From the NCBI GenBank assembly GCA_964444785.1, contig CAYUII010000001.1, positions 1,858 to 65,857 of the forward strand: a stretch of 64,000 nucleotides of DNA, read 5' to 3'. The translations under genes and the position numbers were made by a program. Below are positions 9,184 through 19,591 of this stretch, piece after piece. The notes beneath the pieces are model-generated. The model was not told where the DNA came from, ran no database searches, and saw only the letters and a program-made list of their open reading frames with translations. Source of the DNA: an uncultured Bacteroidales bacterium (GTDB taxonomy: Bacteria > Bacteroidota > Bacteroidia > Bacteroidales > TTA-H9). Within the stretch, counting starts at the first letter, position 1. Every line of letters begins with the position of its first letter.

Positions 9184-10155
9184 ATGAAACAGGTTTTACT
9201 ATTAATGATTAAAACACAACGCATTATACGGACGTTAGGACGAGTTTTTCTAATCATGCTTTTGATCTTTGCGGTCACTCAGGTTGAGGCTAGAGGGAAG
9301 AAAAAGAGCAGGAAAAGATCGAAACAAAAAGCTACTGTTGTCCCTACAAAACAGGAAGATTCTTTAAATCGAATGGCATTAATGGTTCTTCTTCATCCCC
9401 CTGATAGTACGCAACAATCAGGAGATGAAGATTGGGATTCTGAAGCCATCGACTCTTTAGTTAATGATAACTTTGCTACAGGGCACATATTTGGCTACCT
9501 AAAACAACCTGCTTTCAGTGGCGACTCAATTCTTCTCTGCCTAGTTGACTCTACACGATCATTTGCAATGCCTAATCTGGGTAAAATTATTAGCCCATTT
9601 GGGCCTCGAGGAAGGCGAATGCACAAAGGATTAGATATAAAACTAAACAAAGGAGACGAAGTCTTTTCCGCTTTTGATGGAGTTGTCAGATTTGCCAGTT
9701 ACGGACGAGGATTCGGAAACATTGTTGTCATTAGACATTTTAATGGTTTAGAGACCTATTATGCCCATTTAAGTCAGATTAAAGTTAAAGCTTACCAGCC
9801 TGTTAAGGCAGGGGAATTGATTGGTTTAGGAGGTAGTACAGGAAGAGCACGAGGACCTCATTTGCACTTTGAGATCAGATTTCAAGATAAACCCTTTGAT
9901 CCAACTAAAATTATCGACTTCGATTCAGCAAGTCTTAAAACGCCCCAACTATGGGTTAGTCGCGAACTTTTTGGCAAATCAAAAAATCTATCAACTATAG
10001 GAGCCATTGGAGAAAAGTATCATATCATTAGAAAAGGTGATACACTTGGGAAAATAGCCAAGAAATACGGTGTCAGTATAAAACAAATTCAGCGTCTAAA
10101 TAGGTTAAAAAGCTCCACTGTACTTCGTGTTGGTAAACGAATAAAAATTAGATAA
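9184..10155 (+). CDS. M23 family metallopeptidase with C-terminal LysM domain
   Basis: M23 motifs HKGLDI and GPHLHFEI. LysM segment YHIIRKGDTLGKIAKKYGVSIKQIQRLN. N-terminal TM/signal segment. Confidence 0.9.
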   Translation: MKQVLLLMIKTQRIIRTLGRVFLIMLLIFAVTQVEARGKKKSRKRSKQKATVVPTKQEDSLNRMALMVLLHPPDSTQQSGDEDWDSEAIDSLVNDNFATGHIFGYLKQPAFSGDSILLCLVDSTRSFAMPNLGKIISPFGPRGRRMHKGLDIKLNKGDEVFSAFDGVVRFASYGRGFGNIVVIRHFNGLETYYAHLSQIKVKAYQPVKAGELIGLGGSTGRARGPHLHFEIRFQDKPFDPTKIIDFDSASLKTPQLWVSRELFGKSKNLSTIGAIGEKYHIIRKGDTLGKIAKKYGVSIKQIQRLNRLKSSTVLRVGKRIKIR

Positions 10156-10164
10156 GAAAATACT

Positions 10165-11763
10165 ATGATCAGATTATATTGGTTTCTTGTAACCCTATTC
10201 ACTTTAATTACAATTACTGCGAATTGTCAAGTTGATCGTAGCGATTGGGAGGGTACCTATCCTGATGGATGTACAAGTATCACCGTTGGGAAAAAAGCTT
10301 CAGTTGATGGATCTGTTATTACGTCTCACACAGATGATAGCCATCGAACAAGAAGTGATGTTCAAATAGTGGCACCCTCCAATCACCAGCCAAATTCAAC
10401 TGTAACTATGTATAAAAGGGTTGCTTTTGACACTCTTCCTATGGCTCAATACAAGGATATCAAGGTTGGAATAATTCCGCAAGTAGCGCATACTTATGGA
10501 TATATTAACAGCGCATACGCATGTTTAAATGAGTACCAATTGGGTATTGGTGAATCGACTTTTGGAGGTAGAGAAGAGCTAATTAGCGACAAAGGTCTGA
10601 TTGATTGCCAACGACTTTGCATTTTAATCTTAGAACGATGTACGACAGCAAGAGAGGCCATCCGGATGAGTGGGAAACTTCTAGAGGAATATGGATGGAA
10701 TGATGCCGGAGAGTGCCTTACTATAGCCGATAAAAAAGAGGTATGGCATCTGGAAATTGTTGGACCTGGAAAGGATAAAAAAGGGGCAATCTGGGCTGCC
10801 CAACGTGTCCCTGATGATCACATGGCAGTAAATGCTAATGCTTCTACTATAAAAGAAGTAAACCTAGCTGACACCCTCTTCTTTTATGCCTCAAAGAATA
10901 TCTTTGAGGTCGCTAAACAAAAAGGATGGTGGAATTCAGATCAACCTTTTATCTGGTCTTATGCTTATGCTCCTGAGAGTCGAACCTCTTTAGCCTCCAG
11001 AAGAAGAGAGTGGCGAGTCTTTGATCTACTTGCTCCTTCTTTAAAACTAGATCCTAATTCTGAAAACTATCCTTTTAGTGTAAAACCAGATCACAAAGTC
11101 TCTCTAAATGATCTTAAAAAGGTCTTTGCCGACTACTATGAGGGAACCCCATTCGACATGACCAAAGATCTTTTAGTTGCTGATGACAATGGTAAAATGA
11201 AAATATCTCCATTAGCTAATCCCCATATGCCGTATGATATGAATAAAATGCTTAGAATTAATGGCGGTTGGGGTTGGCGAGGCGAACGAACTATTGCGCG
11301 TTGGTATACCATGTATGCTACTCTCATTCAATGCAGAGATTGGCTTCCAGATGAAATTGGAGGGGTGGCTTGGTTCGCCTTAGATAATGTAGCTACTTCG
11401 ATATATATTCCAATCTATGGATCTGTCTCTGATCTTCCCTTATCATATAAAACCGATGGCCGTAAGACTGGCTTTTCCAAGCAAAGTGCATGGTGGGCGT
11501 TCAATCGGTTAAGCACCCTTACAGCCCAAAGATGGGGAGATATGCGTAGGGATGTTGATACTGTTTGGAACCCCTTGCAAACAGAGCTATTTAGTATTCA
11601 ACCTGAAATCGAAAAAAAGGCCCTCAGCTTATATAATTCAGGACAAAAAACTAAAGCTAAGAAACTCCTTCAAGAACACACTTTCTTTTGGGGCAATAAA
11701 GTTGTTGAGGAAGCCTGGAAATTAGGAGATCTTCTATGGACTAAATACGATGAACTCTTCTAA
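10165..11763 (+). CDS. C69 family dipeptidase
   Basis: Signal sequence followed by the Cys nucleophile context DGCTSITVGKKASVDGSVITSHTDD, typical of peptidase C69. Length 532 aa. Confidence 0.85.
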   Translation: MIRLYWFLVTLFTLITITANCQVDRSDWEGTYPDGCTSITVGKKASVDGSVITSHTDDSHRTRSDVQIVAPSNHQPNSTVTMYKRVAFDTLPMAQYKDIKVGIIPQVAHTYGYINSAYACLNEYQLGIGESTFGGREELISDKGLIDCQRLCILILERCTTAREAIRMSGKLLEEYGWNDAGECLTIADKKEVWHLEIVGPGKDKKGAIWAAQRVPDDHMAVNANASTIKEVNLADTLFFYASKNIFEVAKQKGWWNSDQPFIWSYAYAPESRTSLASRRREWRVFDLLAPSLKLDPNSENYPFSVKPDHKVSLNDLKKVFADYYEGTPFDMTKDLLVADDNGKMKISPLANPHMPYDMNKMLRINGGWGWRGERTIARWYTMYATLIQCRDWLPDEIGGVAWFALDNVATSIYIPIYGSVSDLPLSYKTDGRKTGFSKQSAWWAFNRLSTLTAQRWGDMRRDVDTVWNPLQTELFSIQPEIEKKALSLYNSGQKTKAKKLLQEHTFFWGNKVVEEAWKLGDLLWTKYDELF

Positions 11764-11841
11764 ATTATTGAATTATTTAGACTATCAATTACCGACTAGA
11801 CCTTTATCCAGCCAAGCGCCCAATAAATAAGACATATTACC

Positions 11842-14800
11842 CTAACCTCTTGGAAACAGCCAAACGGTCTTTCCAAGAGGATTATTTTTGCTCTTAAACA
11901 GTGCAATATACACTCCTTTTAGCTGTGTGCGTTTAGATCTCCATAGTTTTGATTCTATTACATGATGCTTCTGTATTAGTTTACCAGAGAGATCATATAT
12001 TTCAAGTAGTCCTGCAAGACAGTTTTTCAAAAGAATACAATCTTCTTCCGCAAAAACCTCTGTCTTATTCTGAAATATATCATTGTTCTCAGTTTGTAAA
12101 CGAAGACTAAGATGATAGTCTTCTAGTTGTTCATTTGACTTTACTGAAATTTCTAATGAGTCGATCACTTTATAATGGATATTGGTTTCTTCATCAATTA
12201 ACTCCACATGAACCTTGAGTTCGGACGGTAATTTCAATTGAATTTTAATAGTATTCTGATTAGTTGGATGATAAACCAGTTGAACCAACGTATCTTTAGA
12301 AAAGGATGTAAATGTGCTATAGTCTTCTTCTAAAGTAGTGAAAAATAATTGAGGAGCGTAACCATCCATAGCTTCAGACTGAAGTTTCTTATTGCTTTCA
12401 GAGGGTTCTTGTAAAAAAAGATGAATTAACTGGCGAGTCTTGAATGTTTGATCCAAAACAGAAAAAACTAAGGCTCGGTCAATAGGAAAACTCTTGTAGT
12501 AAAAGTGATTATGTATTCGTTCTGCCTTAGGAATTGTTATGTTATTTATAGCACTAGTCACATGGACAAAAAAACCATTTAGTGACGGAATAATACCTTG
12601 TTCAGGAAAAAGATCTACGTATGCTGCATTCTCTTCTGACCAAACTTTTGCGATATTATCTATTCCGGATAATGTCCACTCTTCTGTACCCCAAATAAGA
12701 CCGGCTGGGTATGGATTCCCAAGGAGATGCCAACCAGAACTACTGTTTCCAGAGGTAAGTGAAAGATTAGAAAAGTAAAAATCATTAGTTGAGGAAACTC
12801 CAGTCAAATCGATAGTCCTTAACAATTTAGAAGCAATAAGATACCCTCTCCCTTGCTGAAAGCTATCACCGAAGAGAGGATTAATCATCCCTCCCTCTAG
12901 TTTTCGATTGATCCAATTATTTGCTTTTTCATCCCAATAATAAAGATCTGCTGAGTCATCATCTTGAAGAAAACTTTCAAAACCAAAGTTTTTTATAGGA
13001 GAAGAAAACAGATGCCATCCATGCAATGGTTGTTGAATCTCAGGCCACGAACTATAACCATCTATAGGTTTAATCATTTCTATTTTTACTAATGAATTGG
13101 TTACAAGACTTGAACTGCTCATTAAGCTTCCTTGAAGAACGAGTTGAAGTTTTGTAGTATCATGGAGATCGTTTCCTGAAATTGTCAAACTAGAAGTCGC
13201 ATCAACAATTAAAGGATCATTTGAATAGTTATTCAATTCTTTAAGTTCTATGTTTGCTCCTGTAGGCAAGTTTGGGAACCCTATGGCCCAAGGGGGGATC
13301 AATACAATGCTGTTTACTGAGGGAACCATACCAGTATCCCAGTTTTGCGGATTCATCCAATCAGCTGAATTACCCATCCAACGCGAAACCTCACGCTCCA
13401 CTTTTTCAAAAGCACCAATATCGGGCTTAAAAGGAGACAAACTCCTGATATGGGCATTAAAATCGGTCAGTACACCCCCAAAAGGCTCGCAAGGCAAGTA
13501 ATACTCTCTCTTTGGTATTAAAAACGAGCTATCCTGATATTGCATATTTATTGTAAAAGAGTGTTTATCCGGCTTCAATACTGAAATTGTCCAATTATTA
13601 ATACCAGTATAAGAAGTATTACCAACCCTAAAAAGAGCTGTAGCAGGCAAAATATTATTATAATCTGACCAATTTTCGGTTAAACCCGAAGGGTAGCTAT
13701 TCGTAGAATGGATCATCAAACTTTGACCATCTTGATTTAATCGCTGATTTACTAATAAATTATTCCTAAGATAAAGTGATGCAATGGTATTTGAAACAAA
13801 AAGGGCATCTGAATAAACTGACCCGGAAAAATTACCTTCCATGCTCATCGAATTATGAACAAAGTAAAGACTATCAATATCATTTAAAGAAAAGTCAACT
13901 CCTCTCATTAGTCCAGAAGAAGTAAGACCACGCCGTCCAAGACGAAAGACATTATTGAAGATCCTAATATTCGAAGGGACTACAGAGGGTTCAATGGTAG
14001 AATAAAAAAGTCCTGTCAGATCACCAAACCTTCCACTCGTTACATTCCCAATATTTGTTGCACAGTTTCGTGTGAAAACAAGCTTTATACCACCAATTGA
14101 TTCAATTGAGAATAATTTAAGCATTAGACTTGAAGATGCAGAAGCATCAAAAAAAATAGAATCGACTCGATTTTGGGTAACCAAATTATCAGAAGCGGTG
14201 ACAGCAAGATTTATACAATTAAAAATGAGCCCATTGCTCTTCGTCGTTTCTTTATTAGGGGCAATAATACTCATATCTGAAATTAAATTCCGTTGTATAT
14301 ATGTACATGATGTAGCTGTAAAATTGAGATAGAATAATTGAAAGAACCCATTACTTATTTGATCAAAAATAGTAGAGACCCTTCTAAACTCATTTTTAAT
14401 TATCGAGTATTTAGAATTTGAAGCATTAGACTGCATAGAAACTCCAAAAAATGATGATTCCAAAAGCATAATATCAGAGCACTTATTCCCCGATACTCGA
14501 AACAAAGTATCGACTAAGACCTCTTTATTCACTTTCACACTGGATTTAGTAAAGACTATATAAGTACATGATCCACCAATAAAAGGGTTAATTGCAGGCG
14601 CTGTTAATGCGATGTTCTTACAGACATTATTCGCGATAGTTATTGTTTCATTATCAGCAGTGTTTATAAGACTTATAGCTGAAAAATAGCAAGATCTGGA
14701 AAGAGTCAACATTGTAGCACCACAAAACTTCTCATTTCCGCCAAAATAATTATTACTAATGATATGCCCTTTGCCCTCAGTAATTTGAATACACTTCACT

Positions 14801-15672
14801 ATAGTTGATTCACCCCATAATCTATAGAAGTGATTTCCAATTATTGTCTGAGACGAAGTTGAACCCAAAACATAAATTCCATCCATTGCAAAATCTGTAA
14901 ACTCGCAATTTCTAATATTCAATTGATGACTACCAGATTGACACTTTATTGCTATTTGATAATAATCTGTACCATTGGACTCATGAGATTGAAAATGTAT
15001 ACCTTCAAAAGATAATTTACATTGACTATTAGTAATATGAATAGCTCCATACCCCACCAATTTTTGATTATTTAAAACAATTAAATTTTTAAAAGAACAA
15101 TTTGTAGCGAAATTACAAACATATAAAGCAGTAGAGCGCTCGACTGAATTCGCTTTAAATGGAGCAAGAATTAAATTATGGGACTCTTTTCCATCTATAA
15201 TTAGATCTTGTGTCTGATCTAAAGAAAGTAGAGAGTTATAGTGATTTAATTCATTTTTTATTGTTCTCGTTTGATTATCCACTGTAATAGTAACCGTATG
15301 ATGTGTGGTTGAGGGAACGTTTACCCATCTTTTTAAAGTATATTTCCCTGTCTCGTCCAAATCAGAGTCTATAATAACAACAATAGGATTATAAAGCTTA
15401 GCTTGGTTTAGATAGGAAAATAGTCCATTGTCACCTGTTAAAGATTTCATTGGATGAGAAATTCCAACATAGAGAGTATCAATAATAGGAAGTATCATCC
15501 CTCTTTTTCTACTTCTCCCTCTATCATACCTTACCAATTCATTATCAAAACGCACGTATGAATTATCTTGGTTAGAGATAGTTGATTCACAATTCAAATC
15601 GATTAAATCCTTAACAGCATTTGGATTGCTAATTGAAATCATGGGAATGAGAAAAATTATCCACACAAACAT
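11842..15672 (-). CDS. Large secreted right-handed beta-helix-repeat protein with T9SS-type C-terminal domain
   Basis: The ORF extends to 15786, but the signal peptide (MFVWIIFLIPMISIS) starts at the internal ATG at 15672. Repetitive N/S/G/I-rich beta-helix-like repeats. C-terminus LEIYDLSGKLIQK...GVYIALFKS fits the CTD pattern. Confidence 0.8.
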   Translation of the reverse strand: MFVWIIFLIPMISISNPNAVKDLIDLNCESTISNQDNSYVRFDNELVRYDRGRSRKRGMILPIIDTLYVGISHPMKSLTGDNGLFSYLNQAKLYNPIVVIIDSDLDETGKYTLKRWVNVPSTTHHTVTITVDNQTRTIKNELNHYNSLLSLDQTQDLIIDGKESHNLILAPFKANSVERSTALYVCNFATNCSFKNLIVLNNQKLVGYGAIHITNSQCKLSFEGIHFQSHESNGTDYYQIAIKCQSGSHQLNIRNCEFTDFAMDGIYVLGSTSSQTIIGNHFYRLWGESTIVKCIQITEGKGHIISNNYFGGNEKFCGATMLTLSRSCYFSAISLINTADNETITIANNVCKNIALTAPAINPFIGGSCTYIVFTKSSVKVNKEVLVDTLFRVSGNKCSDIMLLESSFFGVSMQSNASNSKYSIIKNEFRRVSTIFDQISNGFFQLFYLNFTATSCTYIQRNLISDMSIIAPNKETTKSNGLIFNCINLAVTASDNLVTQNRVDSIFFDASASSSLMLKLFSIESIGGIKLVFTRNCATNIGNVTSGRFGDLTGLFYSTIEPSVVPSNIRIFNNVFRLGRRGLTSSGLMRGVDFSLNDIDSLYFVHNSMSMEGNFSGSVYSDALFVSNTIASLYLRNNLLVNQRLNQDGQSLMIHSTNSYPSGLTENWSDYNNILPATALFRVGNTSYTGINNWTISVLKPDKHSFTINMQYQDSSFLIPKREYYLPCEPFGGVLTDFNAHIRSLSPFKPDIGAFEKVEREVSRWMGNSADWMNPQNWDTGMVPSVNSIVLIPPWAIGFPNLPTGANIELKELNNYSNDPLIVDATSSLTISGNDLHDTTKLQLVLQGSLMSSSSLVTNSLVKIEMIKPIDGYSSWPEIQQPLHGWHLFSSPIKNFGFESFLQDDDSADLYYWDEKANNWINRKLEGGMINPLFGDSFQQGRGYLIASKLLRTIDLTGVSSTNDFYFSNLSLTSGNSSSGWHLLGNPYPAGLIWGTEEWTLSGIDNIAKVWSEENAAYVDLFPEQGIIPSLNGFFVHVTSAINNITIPKAERIHNHFYYKSFPIDRALVFSVLDQTFKTRQLIHLFLQEPSESNKKLQSEAMDGYAPQLFFTTLEEDYSTFTSFSKDTLVQLVYHPTNQNTIKIQLKLPSELKVHVELIDEETNIHYKVIDSLEISVKSNEQLEDYHLSLRLQTENNDIFQNKTEVFAEEDCILLKNCLAGLLEIYDLSGKLIQKHHVIESKLWRSKRTQLKGVYIALFKSKNNPLGKTVWLFPRG

Positions 15673-16064
15673 CCTAATATTAAGATTGAAAACAGAAATA
15701 AGTATGATAGAGTAATTACATGGATGAATACGACTAAATGGACTTAACAATAAGGATAAATATTGATGATACGTCATCATGTTCATAAGTTATTTCGATT
15801 AATATAGTTAAAGAATTATAGCCTAAAAATACTTCTGACAAAACCACCTCAATCATAAAAAAGCGGATAAAAACCACATTTACCACTATTGCACCCGATA
15901 TACCAATTATAAAGCTTACATCATTCCTACGACTGTTCCCCCTTTCGCTCCTCTCTTTCCCGGATGAGGCCTAACAACCCTAGCTTCTTGGACTGAGAAT
16001 CAACTCATGTGACTGGAAGTTTTATTCAACGGTAAAAGACATTGGATTAAAATTCTCCTCGTCC

Positions 16065-16098
16065 AAACTGTAAGAACGACCGTTCTTACAGTTTTTTT
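16065..16098 (+). terminator. Orphan plus-strand intrinsic terminator 21 nt upstream of tag
   Basis: Stem ctgtaagaac/gttcttacag (10-11 bp) followed by seven T. No plus-strand ORF lies upstream of it. Confidence 0.7.
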
Positions 16099-16118
16099 AA
16101 GCATTTGTACCTAACTTT

Positions 16119-16727
16119 ATGGAAAAAATGAAACGTTGCGACTGGACACAAAATGATGTATTAATGAATTGTTATCATGATGAGGAATGGGGTATACCAG
16201 TGCATGATGACCTAAAATGGTTTGAGTTTATTGTTTTAGATGCTTTTCAGGGAGGTCTAAGTTGGAAAACTATCTTATATAAAAGAGAAGAATTCAGCCG
16301 TGCCTTCGACCAATTCGATTACAAGAAGATTTCAGGTTACGATAGCATCAAGGTTGAATCATTAATGGCGAACAAAGGAATAGTACGGAATCGATTAAAG
16401 ATTATTGGTACTATTAAAAACGCCAATGCTTTTATGTCCATTCAGAAAGAGTTCGGAAGTTTTGATCGCTATATCTGGTCTTTTACAGAGGGAAAAACCA
16501 TTGTAAACAAATTTACATCATTAAAAGAAATACCCACTAAGACATCTCTTTCTGATAAAATTAGCAAAGATTTGAAAAAAAGAGGATTTACTTTCGTAGG
16601 TAGTACAATTGTCTATTCATTTTTACAAGCAGCTGGAATAGTTAACGACCATCTTATTTCATGCTATCGGCATGACCAAGTTCAAATGAAATGTTATAAA
16701 AAACTCAATGGTACAGATTGCATTTAA
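16119..16727 (+). CDS. tag: DNA-3-methyladenine glycosylase I
   Basis: Collinear with E. coli Tag: RCDW, YHDEEWGIP, QGGLSWKTIL, KRGFTFVGSTIVYSFLQAAGIVNDH. Confidence 0.93.
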   Translation: MEKMKRCDWTQNDVLMNCYHDEEWGIPVHDDLKWFEFIVLDAFQGGLSWKTILYKREEFSRAFDQFDYKKISGYDSIKVESLMANKGIVRNRLKIIGTIKNANAFMSIQKEFGSFDRYIWSFTEGKTIVNKFTSLKEIPTKTSLSDKISKDLKKRGFTFVGSTIVYSFLQAAGIVNDHLISCYRHDQVQMKCYKKLNGTDCI

Positions 16728-17289
16728 AACAGGCCTATTTTTTGGCTCCTTTAATCCAGTCCATGTAGGCCATATGGTATTAGCCAACTATATGGCCGAG
16801 TTCACCGATCTAGATGAGATCTGGTTTATTGTTTCCCCGCATAATCCACTAAAAAACAGTTCACAATTAGCTCCAGACTATCATAGATTAGAAATGGTCC
16901 GAATTGCTCTAGGAGATGATCCTCGTTTCAGGGTTTCAGATATTGAATTTAGAATGCCAAGGCCGTCTTACACAATTGATACACTAACATGGTTAACCGA
17001 AAAGTATCCAGCTCGAACCTTTTTTCCCATTATTGGTGGTGATAATCTAACTGGCTTTAAACGCTGGAAGAACTGGGAGATTATTCTTTCAGATTATGGT
17101 CTATATGTATACTTACGGCCAGGTTACCCAATTCCAGATTATCAATTGAAAAACACTTATATTTTTGAAGCTCCATTAATGGATATCTCAGCCAGTTTTA
17201 TACGCAAAGCAATATCAGAAGGGAAAGACATAAGGCATATGGTTCCGTCTGGGGTGTATAAATATCTTAAGGAAAACTCTCTTTACTAA
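16708..17289 (+). CDS. nadD: Nicotinate-nucleotide adenylyltransferase
   Basis: GLFFGSFNPVHVGHM (HxGH nucleotidyltransferase motif) and ISASFIRK. Overlaps the tag 3' end by 20 nt. Confidence 0.92.
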   Translation: MVQIAFKTGLFFGSFNPVHVGHMVLANYMAEFTDLDEIWFIVSPHNPLKNSSQLAPDYHRLEMVRIALGDDPRFRVSDIEFRMPRPSYTIDTLTWLTEKYPARTFFPIIGGDNLTGFKRWKNWEIILSDYGLYVYLRPGYPIPDYQLKNTYIFEAPLMDISASFIRKAISEGKDIRHMVPSGVYKYLKENSLY

Positions 17290-17459
17290 ACCCAAAATAG
17301 GACTATCTTACCAATTTTCAACTGTATTATCATTTAGAAAAGAAATTGACATCGAACTATTAGTCACTTTATGCTTCTATTGATAACTAAATTATACTTC
17401 TATTGATGATTAAAAGTTCATGAATCTAAGTGCCAATAAAATCATTCAATAATAAATCA

Positions 17460-19457
17460 CTATTTCGAAATACTCATTTCTAATCTTTCAAGAAACTGAG
17501 TTGGTGTTACCCCGATTTCTTTTTTAAATGCACTATGGAAAGAGGATCGGCTTTTAAAACCAGATCGCAATGCTAGAGCTTCAATAGTTTGATGATTAGC
17601 TTCACCCTGCTTAAGCAATCTACAAACTTCATGAACTCTATAACGATTAATAAAAGTACTAAAATTGACCCCATAGGCTCTATTAATTAGCCTACTTAAA
17701 TACGTTGTGTTGGTTTGCATTATATCGGCGAGTTCAATCATATTCAGTTCAGAATTACACCATAAATTGGACGCTATTAATGTTTTCTCCAACTTATCTT
17801 TGAGCACCAAATCAACATCTTTAAGAACGTATCCCTTCTCCTTCGCATCACTATTGTCAAACCCTTTCACTGCCTCTTTACTCCGGTGGGTAACGACCAT
17901 AGGTATTTGACCAAAAGTATTATCCATCAATATCTTTCCTTTATATTGACCTCTTAGATAAATTTCTTTAAAAAGATAAATTAAAACCAAAAGGGTAATT
18001 AAGAGTATAAAGTACGGGGAAAAAAGAAAACTTATCAAAAGCTCCCGACTTTTAAGCCTTCCAATAAGTTGATTTAGCTTACTTTCCAACTCAGAGTTAT
18101 TCACCTTTTCAGAGACCGACGCAGCAATAAAAGCCGCTTCAACCTTCTTCAAAGAGTCATTTAAACTCTGATAATTTTCCGAAGCTGTATAAGCTTTATC
18201 ATAGTTTCCAAGACGGCTTTCCACTTCAGCTAAACCTTTGTAGAAATCGAGACATAGATCCTTAATTCCCAGTTTTTCACTTCCTTTAACAGCAAAAATC
18301 AGATCCATTTCTGCTTGAGAATTTTGTCCAACTGCAGAAGCAACAAGTCCTTTAGCTCCTCTTATTACAACTTGTTTAAGTAGGTCATTACTTTTCTCCC
18401 CTATTTGAGATGCCCTATTAACAAAATCTTGGGCACATCTTACATTACCTATCTTAAGATTTGCAATTGCCCGATTACAAAGTGGGAAGATCAATAAAGA
18501 ACTATCTCCAACATACATCCACTCCTGAATAGCTATCTTAAAAAGCGAGTCAGCAGTGAAAAAAGCCCTCTCTTTTAAAAATAAATCACCTAATGCATTA
18601 AGGCAATAAGAATAAAGAGGCCTGATTTCTTTTTGATCAGAGTACGCTTTTGCAATATTCAAGCCTTTTATACAATACGATTTTGCCCTTTCCAAATGAT
18701 ATTGCTGCGATAGAAGACCTGATAAGTTAACATAGGCCATTATTAATCTAGAAGAATCGTGACTAGAATCATATTCAGTCAGCGCCATTTCAAAACAATT
18801 GGCAGCCAAAGCAACATAACCTAAATCACGAGCAGAGATAGCCAAGCTACTAAGTAGATTTCCTCTATATAACCCATTGTGAAGCTTACAAATCAAATGA
18901 TAGCTTTTGTCTAAATAGGTATTACACAAAGCTTTATTTTTTTTAAAATTCTCTAAATAGGCTAATTCCCTATAAAGAATAGGTTCATAGATCTCTTTAA
19001 ATGGAGGATAATTACCTTTAAGACCATTGATAAATAGTTGAAAATCTGAATATTTGCCTTGTTTACGATATAATCTAATCTTATTAATTAGCACAACACC
19101 TGCCCCTTCAAAGTCTATTAAGAAATTGAGCATATTCTCAGCTTTCTGATTAATTAAAGCTGCTTCGGAAATTTTATTATAATTTAGCTTGTGATTGGCT
19201 AAAATTCCAAGATATTCAGCATATATGCGATTATCTCCTATTTTTTTTGCTTCATATAAAAGATCACCTATCAGTATATTAAATCTTTGAGGAGTTATCT
19301 TTTGAGAATTAAATTTCTGATATATGAGGTCTGCCGAGCTCAATTCATGTATTGTTTCAAGCTCTGTACATCGCACAACTCCAGCCGGAGAATGACTAGA
19401 AGATAAAAGAAGTGCAAATAGTAAGAGAAAAGCTACGCATCCTTTTGTACTTATCAT
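17460..19457 (-). CDS. TPR-repeat membrane protein with C-terminal AraC-type HTH domain
   Basis: Signal/TM segment, long TPR-like region, an internal TM helix (ISFLFSPYFILLITLLVLIYLF), and a C-terminal AraC HTH (LALRSGFKSRSSFHSAFKKEIGVTPTQF). Confidence 0.85.
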   Translation of the reverse strand: MISTKGCVAFLLLFALLLSSSHSPAGVVRCTELETIHELSSADLIYQKFNSQKITPQRFNILIGDLLYEAKKIGDNRIYAEYLGILANHKLNYNKISEAALINQKAENMLNFLIDFEGAGVVLINKIRLYRKQGKYSDFQLFINGLKGNYPPFKEIYEPILYRELAYLENFKKNKALCNTYLDKSYHLICKLHNGLYRGNLLSSLAISARDLGYVALAANCFEMALTEYDSSHDSSRLIMAYVNLSGLLSQQYHLERAKSYCIKGLNIAKAYSDQKEIRPLYSYCLNALGDLFLKERAFFTADSLFKIAIQEWMYVGDSSLLIFPLCNRAIANLKIGNVRCAQDFVNRASQIGEKSNDLLKQVVIRGAKGLVASAVGQNSQAEMDLIFAVKGSEKLGIKDLCLDFYKGLAEVESRLGNYDKAYTASENYQSLNDSLKKVEAAFIAASVSEKVNNSELESKLNQLIGRLKSRELLISFLFSPYFILLITLLVLIYLFKEIYLRGQYKGKILMDNTFGQIPMVVTHRSKEAVKGFDNSDAKEKGYVLKDVDLVLKDKLEKTLIASNLWCNSELNMIELADIMQTNTTYLSRLINRAYGVNFSTFINRYRVHEVCRLLKQGEANHQTIEALALRSGFKSRSSFHSAFKKEIGVTPTQFLERLEMSISK

Positions 19458-19557
19458 GATCAGAAGCTAATCAGCTTTTTCATAGTCATGCTGCTAATTT
19501 ATAAAACTTATTCCTTTGAATCAATAAGATAAAGCAAAAAAAAAACTTAAGTTTCGC

Positions 19558-19565
19558 TACCTTTG
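19558..19565 (+). promoter_or_regulatory. Bacteroidota -7 promoter box
   Basis: TACCTTTG lies 26 nt upstream of the ATG at 19592. Confidence 0.5.
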
Positions 19566-19591
19566 CACTCTCTAGATAAGGTACTAAAAAC

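Noticed and set aside
12539-14332. Plus-strand ORFs inside the 1314-aa beta-helix gene
   Set aside because: These are antisense shadows with no motifs and no promoter or terminator context.
17374-17408. Direct repeat cttctattgata / cttctattgatg spaced 23 nt apart between convergent nadD and the AraC-type gene
   Set aside because: It is only 11-12 nt long, lies in AT-rich DNA between gene ends, and has no promoter to regulate. This is within chance expectation.
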